A stretch of 64,000 nt of DNA, from positions 79,856,001-79,920,000 of the forward strand of contig OX597814.1 of the NCBI GenBank assembly GCA_951406725.2, written 5' to 3'. The notes under the pieces were generated by a model, which was not told the DNA's origin, ran no database searches, and saw only the letters and a program-made list of their open reading frames with translations. Position 1 is the first letter of the stretch. Every line of letters starts with the position of its first letter. Shown in pieces: positions 40,234 through 52,567 of the stretch. This DNA comes from Octopus vulgaris. Taxonomy: Eukaryota. Made by a program: the position numbers and the translations under genes.

Positions 40234-40983
40234 CAGAGGCGACTCTAGGTCATCAGCGTCACTCGGACTCATCACAGATTTCGCATAAAACACATGCCTG
40301 CTCGAAGGATTTCACGTTTTTCTGCTTTATTTCTTGTCCCAAATGGCTTATTTTTTATATCTAGCATTATGTCTTTCTCCATTTCTATGTTAAATTTAAA
40401 AATAAAGAAGCCCTGCTAAACACAGCTGATCTTTACACACAGACGCACAGAATAGCAGTAATCTATTAACGACAACGGAGTTCACGACAAACATCATCGA
40501 TCTTTCTGTTGCCTATATTCTTGACAAGGGTAGCCAGTTAGTCTTCTACGCCTACCATATTTTTTTGTTCCTTTAAGAATAATGTAGTACGGAAACATTT
40601 CATAGACTGGAATTTAAACCCTGATATCAATAGAAATTTATTGTTTCAAGAAAATATTGAATTGAAATTACTTTTAATTTTTACGATTATCAATAACAAC
40701 TCAGGCTTTTGAGCCCGAGTCAAGCGCATGTAAACGATGTCGAGGGAACGTCTGCTGAGAATGATAGTTTTTGACACAGGGCACCTCTTAGACGACCGCC
40801 AGACGCTGAACGAAAATAAATGAGCTGCGACCAGGCTCAATCAAAGGAGCCCCAGTTATTGACTGCAATTACATATTTGAAGTTAGTATTGGCAGAAAGT
40901 AAATCAGCTTGGAAATTCAGGTTCACGTTACTAAATTTATTCTCGCGCTAAGCCCGAACAACCCGAGTGCGGAGTCGCCACTG
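40234..40983. mobile_element. non-autonomous DNA transposon with CAGTGGCGACTC-type TIRs
   Basis: CAGAGGCGACTC / GAGTCGCCACTG (11/12 match) with subterminal CTCGG/CCGAG motifs. A second copy is at 19118. Confidence 0.7.
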
Positions 40984-41068
<85 letters not shown>

Positions 41069-41117
41069 AAACTCGGAGTTTTAGCATGGCTGCCGAATAA
41101 TTGTCACATAGTATATT

Positions 41118-41196
<79 letters not shown>

Positions 41197-41260
41197 GTAT
41201 GTATGTATACATACATATATATACATATACACACGCGTGTGTGTGTATGTGTTTCAATTA

Positions 41261-42250
41261 TCTATATACATAAATAGTAATTTATGTCTGTTTGTGACTG
41301 TGTATATGTTTGTTACTTTAACTCTTCCGAGACTTTCCTACCGATCTTGTTGAAATTTGACACGTGTGTGGTACTTATCTCCATGCTGTCACTTATGGAC
41401 TTAGAATATAAAAAAAAAAAAAAATCGATGATTTTTTAAATCAACATCTATTTTTCAAAACTCAATAGTGCATTTCAATGCAAATTCTCATATGAATGTT
41501 ATTTTCTGCTTTAACTTTTAATGTTTCGATCCGATTTTCTTGAAATTTTATACACAGATGAAACAAGCGCTATAAAGTTTTACCTAAGCCACTCAAGTAA
41601 AGAGTAAGATGGTTTTTTTTATTTTACTGATTAACGAAATTTGGCCAAAATTGTTGTGGGGTCAAAATGTTCGTCAATTATTTCAGCATTCTCAGGTTGC
41701 TGTAATATGTATTTTTTCAACATCTGCACTTAAAATTATCAATTCGAAACGTTGCAGCGTTGTGTGCTAATACATGTAGCATGTATTTTATTAACACACT
41801 CACTTAAAATTAGCGATTCTAAACGTCGCAACCTTGTGTGCTAAAACATGTAACATCTATTTTCTTAACACCTGCACTTAAAATTGTCGGTTCTAACCTT
41901 TGCAATCGATATTTGAACCTCACGATCAGTGGAACTATACCCATGAAACACAGTCGTCAAATAAAATGCCTTTTCTCTAAATAAGTTTTTGTTTACTTTT
42001 GAAACTTTACATCTCTTCTTGATGTTTCCATCGATTATATACTTGCAACTTTTAACTCATCTGATCAAACAATTGTCATTTTTCGATTCCACACGTATTT
42101 ATTTGTATTATTGTTTCGTGAATGAATTTGCTTACGCCTTCTATTATCTGTCCTATGTCTTGATTTTATTTTTCGTCTGAGAGAAATTAGGCATTGTAAT
42201 GGGCACTGGGAATATCCCCGCTCCCAGGTCTTACCGGGTACCTCAACTAG
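41261..42250 (+). mobile_element. complete non-autonomous Helitron
   Basis: A|TC 5' end, a 3' GC-rich hairpin (CCCAGG-TCTTA-CCGGG) and a CTAG|T terminus, with an internal minisatellite. Confidence 0.75.
41719..41905. repeat. about 74-bp minisatellite, 2.5 copies, inside Helitron
   Basis: CACTTAAAATT...AAACGT.GCA...TTGTGTGCTAA.ACATGTA repeats. Confidence 0.85.
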
Positions 42251-42860
42251 TGTTGTTATAAAGATGAGAAATAACTGCAATGGTTAGGGTAATTCTTGTT
42301 ATATCGCTTCATCTTGCTACTGGTGTAATTCCTTATTTCTGTCAATGTAGTTCTTTCTTTAACACTTCTCTTTACACTTAAAAGTCAAACTTCTAGCGAA
42401 TTACTTGAGCTGAAATCAGTTGTGGGAATTTTGTGCGATTTAACTCTAAGTCATCTTGTTTTAAGAAGCATTTTTCCTCGTAAGACGCTGAATGTAATTC
42501 GAAGGAAGATTCCATGTGCCTTTGAGTGTGCGGATTTCATAAATAGATTTGATATATTAGGTAATTCTCTATTATTGTGGTTCTTTCCGTTTTTAATTAT
42601 AATTTTATACACACGCCGCCCCACAAAAAATAACACCCACATACGCACACACATACACACACATACACACGCTCACACGCACACACACACACAACACTCA
42701 CACGCGCGAGAGTACATACACACGCATATAGAGAGCGGGAAAAAGATAAAGGGAAACGGAAAAAGAACGTCGCTGATTTCAGGTCTAATATAGGAAAACA
42801 CAAGTAAAACTCTCGCCTGGGAATACTACGCCTCAAAAACACCGTCCTTTCGTCGTTGTT

Positions 42861-43325
42861 TGGACTGAAGAAGAAGCTGAATTATTTGTCAGAGCCATAA
42901 ATAGATTGAAAATGCAATAAATAGATGAATGATAAATAAATAAAATTGGGCTCTTCAACGGGACAATGTTTATGTAGAGCGGCCCAGCTTTAGAGAAGCT
43001 TTCAAAGTTGACTTGAAGCTGCAACACGTTATTATGTTGATGGGGAGAATGTACACAAGACAGCTGATGCAATCAACTGTTTCTTGAAAACTTTAGAAAT
43101 TTACACAGATATGGGCAGATTACCGAAGCTGAAATAAACGAAAACAAGAAAGTAGCTGACATTTGAGATGCTTATTTCTCACTGCTATTTCTCACCATCG
43201 ACAAACAGACTGTTATTACAACAGGAAATAATACAATAGTACAGTTTATAAATGATTCCTTGTAAGTCGCTCTCAGCACAGCCAGAGCAGTTCCCAAAAG
43301 CTATTGATATTAATGGACAGGTTCG
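42861..43325 (+). pseudogene. NAPA: alpha-SNAP (soluble NSF attachment protein) processed pseudogene fragment
   Basis: Translation gives EEEAELFVRAINRLKM / GQCLCRAAQL*RSFQS*LEAATRYYVDGENVHKTADAINCFLKTLEIYTDMGR / AISHH..YYNRK*YNST..EQFPKAIDI. This aligns colinearly with alpha-SNAP EEACEIYARAANMFKM..AINCLMRAIEIYTDMGRF..EQYQKAIDIY. It has stops and frameshifts and no introns. Confidence 0.85.
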
Positions 43326-43863
43326 TGTTTCTTTAATGGTGAATGTCATGCTAAATATAGTGCTATAGGTAACCTCTCTCTCTTTCTCTGTCTCTTTCTT
43401 TCTCTCTCTTTCTCCTTTTGTCTGTCTGTCCGTCTATCTCTCTGTGTCTCTCTTTCTGTTTCTCTGTCTGTCTGCTTCTCTCTCTCTCTCTCTCTGTGCT
43501 CTGTAAGATTACGCTTGCTTATAATCTTATAATCCCTCAAATTTGAAACTTTTTATAAACTAACGTCCTCCTGTTAGTTTATGCTATCTTAATACTCACA
43601 TCCCTTTTAAATAAACCTAAAGAATTGTTTAAAGAAAATTGAATTGTATTTTATGTGTTCACTGGTGTTGCAAGTCTAATAGTAATGCTATTTGCAACAC
43701 TAGTGAACGCACACAGACACAAACTCACATAGATAAATGTTAATTATTTTTTTATGAAGCCAAAACAATGCAAGTTGTAAAAAACTAATACAGATCGTAA
43801 ATGTAAGGTAAAAGTACATCTCATTGACCTGCATTACATTATATGACTTGCATTCTTTTGAAA

Positions 43864-43936
43864 TTATAACAACACTAGCTGAGGTACCCGGTAAGACCCG
43901 GGAGCGGGGATATTCCCAGTGCTTAGTTACGATGCC
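43864..43936 (-). mobile_element. Helitron 3' end, inverted relative to 42190-42261
   Basis: 72-bp near-identical reverse complement including the hairpin and CTAG. Confidence 0.75.
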
Positions 43937-44059
43937 CCAGCAACTGGATATAGTTCTCTTCTGCCTCCATTGCATTTCTTATAGGTTGTAATTATTCTTG
44001 GTGCTAGGGACAGGAGAAAGAATCTTTACTTATGATACTCAGTACCCAAAGTAATAGTC

Positions 44060-44453
44060 TCTCTCGTTTTTGTTTTCGTCATTAGTCTGTGGTTATGCTG
44101 GGGCATCACCTTGAAGGGTGTTAGTCGAACAAGTAAACCCTAGGACTTATTTCTTTAAACCCTAGTACATATTCTATCGATCTCTTTCGCTGAACCGCTA
44201 GATTACTGGGACATAAACACACAAACAGTGGTTGTTAAGCTATGGTAGGAAACAAATACGGACACAAAGACACGTACACGCGCACGCACACACAAACATA
44301 TACACACGCATATATGACAGTCTTCTTTCAGTTTTCGTCTGCTAAATCCACTCATAAGGGCCTATAGTAATAGTAAAACATATCCTCAAGGTTCCACGCA
44401 GCCCGACTGAACCCGAAACTATGTGGTTGGAAAGCAAGCTTCTTACCACGCCT
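44060..44453 (-). mobile_element. SINE family B, diverged
   Basis: Colinear with the reverse complement of family B. Confidence 0.85.
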
Positions 44454-44919
44454 CTGTGTGTGTGTTTTTTTTTTCTGTTTTGCATTACGAATATGTAACT
44501 TAATGGTGTTAGTAAAACTTTAAGAGTAATGTGCAGACTCTCCCCGATGGCTAAATCATAAAATCATAAAAACGACCTTACCACAGCCCCTTCATCTGGT
44601 GCAGATTATTAATTAATCTCAGAACAAAAAAAATCGATATAAAAACAAACTATCTCTATAAAAATTCAGCCTGCCTCTTCCCCAAACCACCATGCAGAAA
44701 AAAAGCCTAAAATTTTTTTTAATCAACATTTAATCAACACAAGTTGTATTGTTTATCTATATAATTGCTTTTATTTCTCAGGAATTGTATATAGAATGTA
44801 ACCCCTTCATGGGTCACCAAAGCTTTAAATTATTTGACAAATCATTAAACATCAGACATTTTTCTATGAATTCTATTCAAGATGGCTGATGGAAGTAAAC
44901 AGTGGGTTTTATATATAAA

Positions 44920-45208
<289 letters not shown>

Positions 45209-45359
45209 CTTCTCTCTCTTAATTTTCATCCCCTCTTTCTCCTACCTATCCTTCAAACATCTATTCTGTTTTTTTTTTCATCTTTTTTTTATATTTTAAA
45301 CCATCGTAACGTCTTTGTTATCTCATAAGTAAAAAATACGGCAGCAACGATAATTCGAA

Positions 45360-45614
45360 CATCTCTTGTGAAAGGTAAGAGAGTCCAGTTTGCTGGACAT
45401 TGTTGTAGAGCTGGAAAAGAGGTAATTTCTCCTCTTCTCCTCTGGAAGCCATCTACTCGCAATACCAGAGGGCGCACACTCTCCTACCCTGATGTAATCT
45501 CCAGGGATACAGGCATCCACCAACAGGACCTCCGTAATGCCATGATGGACCGTGAAGTCTGGCGAAGAATGGTAAATTCCATTGTCTCGACCACGGTCGA
45601 ACAATGATGATGAT
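45360..45614 (+). mobile_element. RTE-like LINE 3' end
   Basis: The ORF end RVQFAGHCCR..LLLWKP..RGR..YPDVISRDTG..AMMDREVWR resembles the RTE-clade C-terminus and is followed by a (TGA)n tail. Confidence 0.8.
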
Positions 45615-45723
45615 CAAAGTAAAAAAAAATAGTGTAAAAGAAATAATTATTAGTAAGATTTATATTAAAAGAGAATAGTTAAAAAGTTTTTTAAACTTCA
45701 TGTTTATGATAAAGGAATGACGA

Positions 45724-46200
45724 GTAACGACTAATAATCTTTTCTACTATAGGCGCAAGACCTGAAATTTTGTGGTGGGGTAGGTGGGAGAGGAGTAATT
45801 AATTACATATGACTGGTACTTATTCCATTGGTTCGAAGGAGGTTAGTTTATCTACCTCGACGGATGAAAGGCAAAGTCGACCTCGGTGGAATTTGAACTC
45901 AGATTGTAAAAATGGACGAAATGCTGCTAAGTATTTCGTTCAGCGTGCTAACAATTCCACAAGCTCGCACCGCCTCAGTAATCGCTAATAATCCTTTCTG
46001 CTATAGGCACAAAACCTGACATTTTGTGGTGGGGGAGGTGGGGGAGGAGTAATTAATTGCATCTGACTGGTACTTATTCTATCGGTTCGAAAAAGATGAA
46101 AAGCAAAGTTGACCTCGGTGGAATTTAAAATAGGAACGTAAAGACAGCCGAAAAACCGCTAATGACTCTGCCAGGTCACCACTTTAGTAATCGGTAATAA
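45724..46200 (-). mobile_element. tandemly duplicated SINE A
   Basis: Two units (about 45724-45976 and 45977-46200) share flank and private changes (GAGGAGTAATTAATT, GGTTCGAA). Confidence 0.8.
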
Positions 46201-46209
46201 TAACAGCGT

Positions 46210-46518
46210 GGAGGCACATGGCCTAGTGGTTAGAGCAGCGGGCTCACGGTCGAGGGATCGCGGGTTCGAATCTCAGACCAAGCGATGTGTGTGTTTTTGA
46301 GCGAAACACCTAAGCTCCACGTAGCTGCGGCAGAGGGTAAAGGCGAACTTCTGCTTACTCTTTCGCCACAACTTTCTCTCACTCTTTCCTCCTGCATCTT
46401 GCAGCTCACCTGCGACGGACCGGTGTCACGTCCAGGTGGGGAACCTATACGCCAAGGAAACCGGGAAACCGGCCCTATGAGCCAGGCATGGCTTCAGAAG
46501 GAACAAACAACAATAATA
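46210..46518 (+). mobile_element. tRNA-derived SINE, family C
   Basis: A box TGGCCTAGTGG (46219), B box GGTTCGAATCT (46263), central CCTGCGACGGAC..GTCCAGG..GGAAACCGGG and an (AAC/AAT)n tail. Confidence 0.85.
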
Positions 46519-47079
46519 ACAGCACAAGTGCTGTTGCCGGCACCATTGTTTTTCACGTACTTGTTTTCTCAAAGACGTTTCAACCATTATCATTCATGTC
46601 CTTTTATACTTTTTATATATGTGGGTCTATACTGTGCAATTTCACCTCATTCCTTGAAGACGTTAGACTGTGATTTAATAGGTATATTGGTGCTATTTCA
46701 TCAATACTACTTAACTTGGCGATCCTGGGAGTGGAGAGCAAAGTCGACAGTGAAGTGAATTGAACACTGAAAGGTAAAGTGATGAGTGGGGGTGGGGATA
46801 AGAAAATACGATAATAAACTTTGTCCGCCATCTTGTTTTTTTTTCTGGCAGCCTGCAACTACCTAATATATATTAAAAGTGATGGAAACAATACCAATAT
46901 TTTTCATATCAACATCGTCATCATTATCATCAACATCATAATCGTCATCACAACTATCGCGTCCCTAACCACCACCTGACCCCATCAAGATCATCATGAT
47001 CATCATCATCATCATAAACAACATCAACGTCGTTGCTGTCGCAGCTGCAGAATATGCAATATTCAAATCAGCAGCAGCG

Positions 47080-47131
<52 letters not shown>

Positions 47132-47132
47132 C

Positions 47133-47196
<64 letters not shown>

Positions 47197-47209
47197 GTAG
47201 TAGTAGTAT

Positions 47210-47246
<37 letters not shown>

Positions 47247-47612
47247 CGTAGTAGTAGTAGCAGTAGTAACAAACCGGTATGGAACAAGAAGAACACTGCA
47301 CAGAATATTAAGTATGTTTTCAAGATTATAATGGAGTTTACACAGAAAACAAACAAGTAGAAAGAAACAAGAGTAATAAAAGAGACAAAAAATAAAAACA
47401 TTAAAAAAATACAAGACGAAACAAAACAAAGAAACGAAATGAACGTAAGATTTATGATGGAAGTAATTTATTAACAATATTCAAGTTATACACGAGTGAA
47501 CAATAATCATTTTTTCATTTGTCTCGCAAGGTCCGAGCTATTGACTTTCGTTCTAATAGTCTTTCTATCGTTGATGGTATTCTTTAGAACATCATATTAA
47601 TATATATGTATG

Positions 47613-47700
<88 letters not shown>

Positions 47701-47777
47701 CATATATGTATACACACATATATATACATACACATATGTATATATATATATACACATATATATATATACATACACAC

Positions 47778-47845
<68 letters not shown>

Positions 47846-48011
47846 ATGTGCCTATGTATCTGTATGTATGAATATATATGCATATGTGTGTATCTAAACT
47901 ACTATCGAGCACAAGCACACATAAAAAAACAGATACACAGGCACGTGCAAACAAAATAAACATGTATGTGTGTGTCTGTATGTGTGTTTGTGTGTGTGTG
48001 CCTGTGTGTGA

Positions 48012-48200
48012 AGACGTAGCCTAGTGGTCAGGGCGATGCACTTACGATCACGAGGTCGTGGTTTCACCAGATCAGCGGTGTTGTGACTTTATGCAATATA
48101 TTTCCTTTCAAGTTGACCCTGTACCGCTTACCTGTAAATGCGACGAATTGGCATTCCGCTCGGGGAAAATGATGGTCTGTCTGCCTACCCACAAGGAAGG
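48012..48200 (+). mobile_element. degenerate tRNA-derived SINE head
   Basis: TAGCCTAGTGG A box and GTCGTGGTTTCA B-box-like sequence. Confidence 0.5.
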
Positions 48201-48276
48201 CTACATTCAAAAGCAACAACAGTACAAGGAAATGTATTGTTTCCCCAGGTGTGTATATAGCAGCATCCGAGTCTGG

Positions 48277-48369
<93 letters not shown>

Positions 48370-48426
48370 ATAAAAAAAGTAGTTTGAAAACGCCACTATA
48401 TAAGATAAATTTTAATTTTCTTAGAG

Positions 48427-48474
48427 ATTTTACATGTTTCGGTTCTTCTTGAAAAAACGAACCTTATCAAAAAT
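48427..48474 (-). ncRNA. hammerhead-like motif with U3-A8 covariant core
   Basis: Reverse complement AUUU-UUGAUAA-GGUUC(loop)GAACC-GAAA-CAUG-UA^AAAU. Stem I is 4 bp, stem II is 5 bp and stem III is the palindrome ACAUGU. Confidence 0.55.
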
Positions 48475-48678
48475 ATTTTTAAAAGTTAAGTGTAATAAAA
48501 TAATGTTCATAATTGTTTCTTACTGGTCTCAACAGAGTCCACGTGGTGGTGTTTTGCGGTGAGGAGCATAATGGGTGTCTTTTGTGTTGACTAGAATCGT
48601 TGGCGGTAATCTTGAAAATGTCCGTTGGCCGTAATAGCAGTAGTAGCAGAGTACGTTGGTCGTAGTAGTAGAAGTGAC

Positions 48679-48730
<52 letters not shown>

Positions 48731-49119
48731 GGGGTCACTCGCATTTTTCTGTTTTCTTTTTCGTTTTCTGGTTTTTCAACCTTCCATGTTTTACATCTAC
48801 TACTTTCTCGTCTTTTCCTGCTTCTTTTTTCTCGCATCCTCTTGTTCTGTTTTTAGCTTATTATACCATGTGGGAACAACCTGAGGGTTGTGTGAAATCA
48901 CCAGACGCGTTAAAAAATGCGGCTTCAGCTTTTTTCATCGCATGAAACTAATACTAGCTCATAAAGATATATGTTGTGTTTATTAAATAATAGCTATCTC
49001 TTACCAGATGGAGTACTTTTTTCTATTGATCTTACCATCATGGTAGGATTCTGTGTGTGTGTGTGTGTGTGTGGTGTGTGTGTGTGTGTGTGTGTTTGTG
49101 TGTGTGTCCTTCTCCCTTC

Positions 49120-49285
49120 TTCCCTTTGGAGTTCCCTCTTTTTCCACTTCCGAAGAAGAGCTCGAAACGTAAAACAACTACTCTCTCCCTTCTCTGAGCG
49201 TCATACTAACACATTGCTTGAGCTACGTCAACAAGTTTGTTTGTTATTTTCTTTTTTCGGTGTTTTTTTTAATTGACTATATATA
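49120..49285 (+). mobile_element. short pLTR-like element
   Basis: CCGAAGAAGAGCTCGAAACGTAAAA...CTGAGCGTCATACTAA...AATTGACTATATATA. Confidence 0.55.
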
Positions 49286-49469
49286 TACAAACATGCACAC
49301 ACACTCACATATAGAGAGATATATACATATATAGATATCGTCTTTGTATTTGGCTTGCAAGATTTTTATGAGTTGTGAAGCAGATGTTGTTGTATCCCGG
49401 TGGGTCATTATGCAAATAATAACACACACACACCGATTCTACCTCTCTTCTTTTACTATTACTATTACT

Positions 49470-49680
49470 CAGATCGTTAAGGTAGTATTGTCAGCATGTC
49501 AGATAAAATGCTTTGTGGTATTGCGCGTTTTTACGTTTCGCGTTCAAATTCCGCCGAGATCAACTTAGCCTTCCATTTTATTGCGATCGATAAAATGAGT
49601 ACCAGCTGAGCACTGTCGTCAGTTCAATAGACTCCTCCCACCCCCGAAATTGTTGGCCTTGTGCCAAAATTTGAAACCAT
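49470..49680 (+). mobile_element. SINE family A, diverged
   Basis: GTTCAAATTCCGCCGAG...GATAAAATGAGTACCAG...CCAAAATTTGAAACC. Confidence 0.8.
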
Positions 49681-50100
49681 TATTACTTTGTTCATTAACA
49701 TTTAACTAATTAATCGATAGTTTGATTAATCGTTCCGTCCAATTAGTCAATCAGCTAGGTTAGTCTGAGTCATTCGCTCGCCATCCACTACCTCAGAGAT
49801 TGCATACTCTCTCTATTTCAGGCCTACCGCAGGCCTCACTTGCTGCCTACCAGTTTAAAGGTTTTTATATTATATTTACACGGAGATGTATGAGAATATA
49901 TGTTGAAGAGAGGGAGGGAGAGAGAGAGAGAGAGAGAGAAAATGTGAGTGTGTTTGCGTGTGTGTATAAGTATGTATGTGTATATGTATGTATGCATATA
50001 TATAAACATATATATTCATGTGTATATATAAATATATATTTATGTATGTATGTATATCAATATATGTATACGCACGCACACACACACACATATACGTGTG

Positions 50101-50149
<49 letters not shown>

Positions 50150-50926
50150 GTATGTATATACACACATAGATATATGTATATGTATATATATGTGTGTGTG
50201 TGTGTGTGGTAAAGGAAAGATGGAACAGTTCTATATTTAAGAAATGAGGATACGAGAATTTTTATTAATCACTACAATTGTTATACATATATATGTGTGT
50301 GTACGTACTCGCACACATGTATATATACATTCATATGAGTGTGTGCGTGTACATCTGTGACAGTCTTTCTCTGCACAATTCCATTTATTCACATGCTATT
50401 GCCCAATGCAAAGCTATATCTTTTGACAATTGTTTTTTATTTTTATTTTGCGAAGTGGATCGACCTGAAACCATGCGATTGCAAAGTTACATCCTTAAAA
50501 AAGTTGCGGAATTGTAAAGAGAGTTAATCGAAATGCCTTATTTTTATTCTAGCCCCTAATGTTCTGAGTACAAATAGACGCTGAACAACTTAGTCTTTTA
50601 TTTCTTCTGGGGTCGATGGAATAATGTAAATCAAGTGCTGAATCAAACTGAACATGATCTGCTGAATGAAGAGTGAGAAGACCAAGCTGTCCACTTTTGC
50701 TCTCGATTGCACGCCTACAAACACACACACACATGTAGCTTTTAAAAATTATTCCTTTGTCTGTAAAAGCGATAAAGATAAATAGATCTACTTAATGCTT
50801 ATTCTTTTGTCAATAGAATTATTTAGAATCCATTTTCTTAGTAAAATAAATAATAAATAATAAATTTAAACAAATTTTCTAGTTTTTCGATTAAATATGG
50901 TTTAATCAATATTTAAATAAGAGTTA

Positions 50927-51135
50927 GGGTGGTGAGCTGGCAGAATCGTTCTCAAACCGTGCAAAATGCTTAGCGTGTTTTTGTCCGTCTTTACATTCTG
51001 AGTTCAAATACCGCCGAGGTCGTCTTAGCTTTTCATTCTTTCGGAGTCGATGAAATAGGTACCAGTTGAACACTGGGGTCGATCTAATGTCTAACCTTAC
51101 CTCACTAGTTTCAGGCCTTGTGGCTATAGGAAAAA
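50927..51135 (+). mobile_element. SINE family A
   Basis: GGTGGTGAGCTGGCAGAATCG...GAGTTCAAAT. Confidence 0.85.
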
Positions 51136-51659
51136 AGGATTAAGCATATAATTGTAAGTTCTTGTTTCTAAATATAATTACATCATAATGGAACCCTGTC
51201 ATTTGTGCCCGAGTCCAACTGTACAATTCTATACAAAATAAGACCTAGCCTAATCAACTCAAAATTATCTTTATCAGCAATCGCTTCTGTCTCTTAACAA
51301 CTGGAAAGTAAATCTGATAGTCCTGACAATGGTTTTAACCAGTGTAGAAGTTAATTTATTGGCCGAGTCTATTTCATTCTCTTGCATCTGAAACCCTGTG
51401 GTTTAATCACGTGGTCTATTTTCACAGACACCCTTACTATACATCCGTACACATCAAATGGTCTTCTCAAGCCAATAATGAAACCGTGGCACGGGCACAA
51501 TTCCCCATGTAAAGAAACATATATCAGAACATGGTGGTATTGAGAAATTTTATGTTTTTGTGTCTCGAAATACGAACAAAACTCCCTGAATGTGTGTGTG
51601 GGTGGTTGTGAAGGCGAATTCTTGCACTTCATTCTGTATGCTTTCTGTTTTTCGGTCTG

Positions 51660-51660
51660 C

Positions 51661-51741
<81 letters not shown>

Positions 51742-51742
51742 A

Positions 51743-51790
<48 letters not shown>

Positions 51791-51807
51791 GTCTGTCTGT
51801 CTATCTA

Positions 51808-51882
<75 letters not shown>

Positions 51883-51907
51883 GTCTGTCTGTCTGTCTAT
51901 CTATTTT

Positions 51908-51982
<75 letters not shown>
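51660..51982. repeat. (TCTA)n/(TCTG)n microsatellite
   Basis: Directly visible. Confidence 0.95.
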
Positions 51983-52510
51983 CAGCCAGCCGACCAGTTA
52001 CTGCGACCATAATCGACATGGACACCACAGAACCATCACAATCGATAACCTTTCGACCACCACCACCACCATCATGATTACCATCCGCACCAACACCATA
52101 GCCACCACAGTTACAGCTACACATCCTTCCCGTCTCCACCATACCTATTCCACTAATTCAGTCTCGCTGTTGTTCTCTTTTTTTCTCTCTCGCCAACTCT
52201 TTCTTCAGCTATTAAACGAAACCAACCTATTAACACAAATTGATCGATCTGTCTTTCTATATATTTTGTACAATTTACAATGCCAAGGAAATCTTTGCTG
52301 ACCTTACGAGCTGGCCAGTCGGATGGGTCAGTATTCAATTGACCGGTCCTTAACAAATTCTGTCCATTGAATAACACAAAAACTATTGATTAAGACATTT
52401 TAAACAAACGCTTCTAAAGAATAATAGTCACTTTTTCGAAATGACTGTGTGCATGGTTGATTTCAAGATCTTTCTTTCGATAAAGCATTTCACTCTCTAG
52501 CTCTAACCCT

Positions 52511-52567
<57 letters not shown>

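Noticed and set aside
41719-41905. CRISPR-like array
   Set aside because: Eukaryotic context, whole units repeat without unique spacers, and there are no cas genes.
46210-46280. tRNA gene
   Set aside because: A and B boxes are present, but there is no acceptor stem or terminator and the sequence continues into a SINE body.
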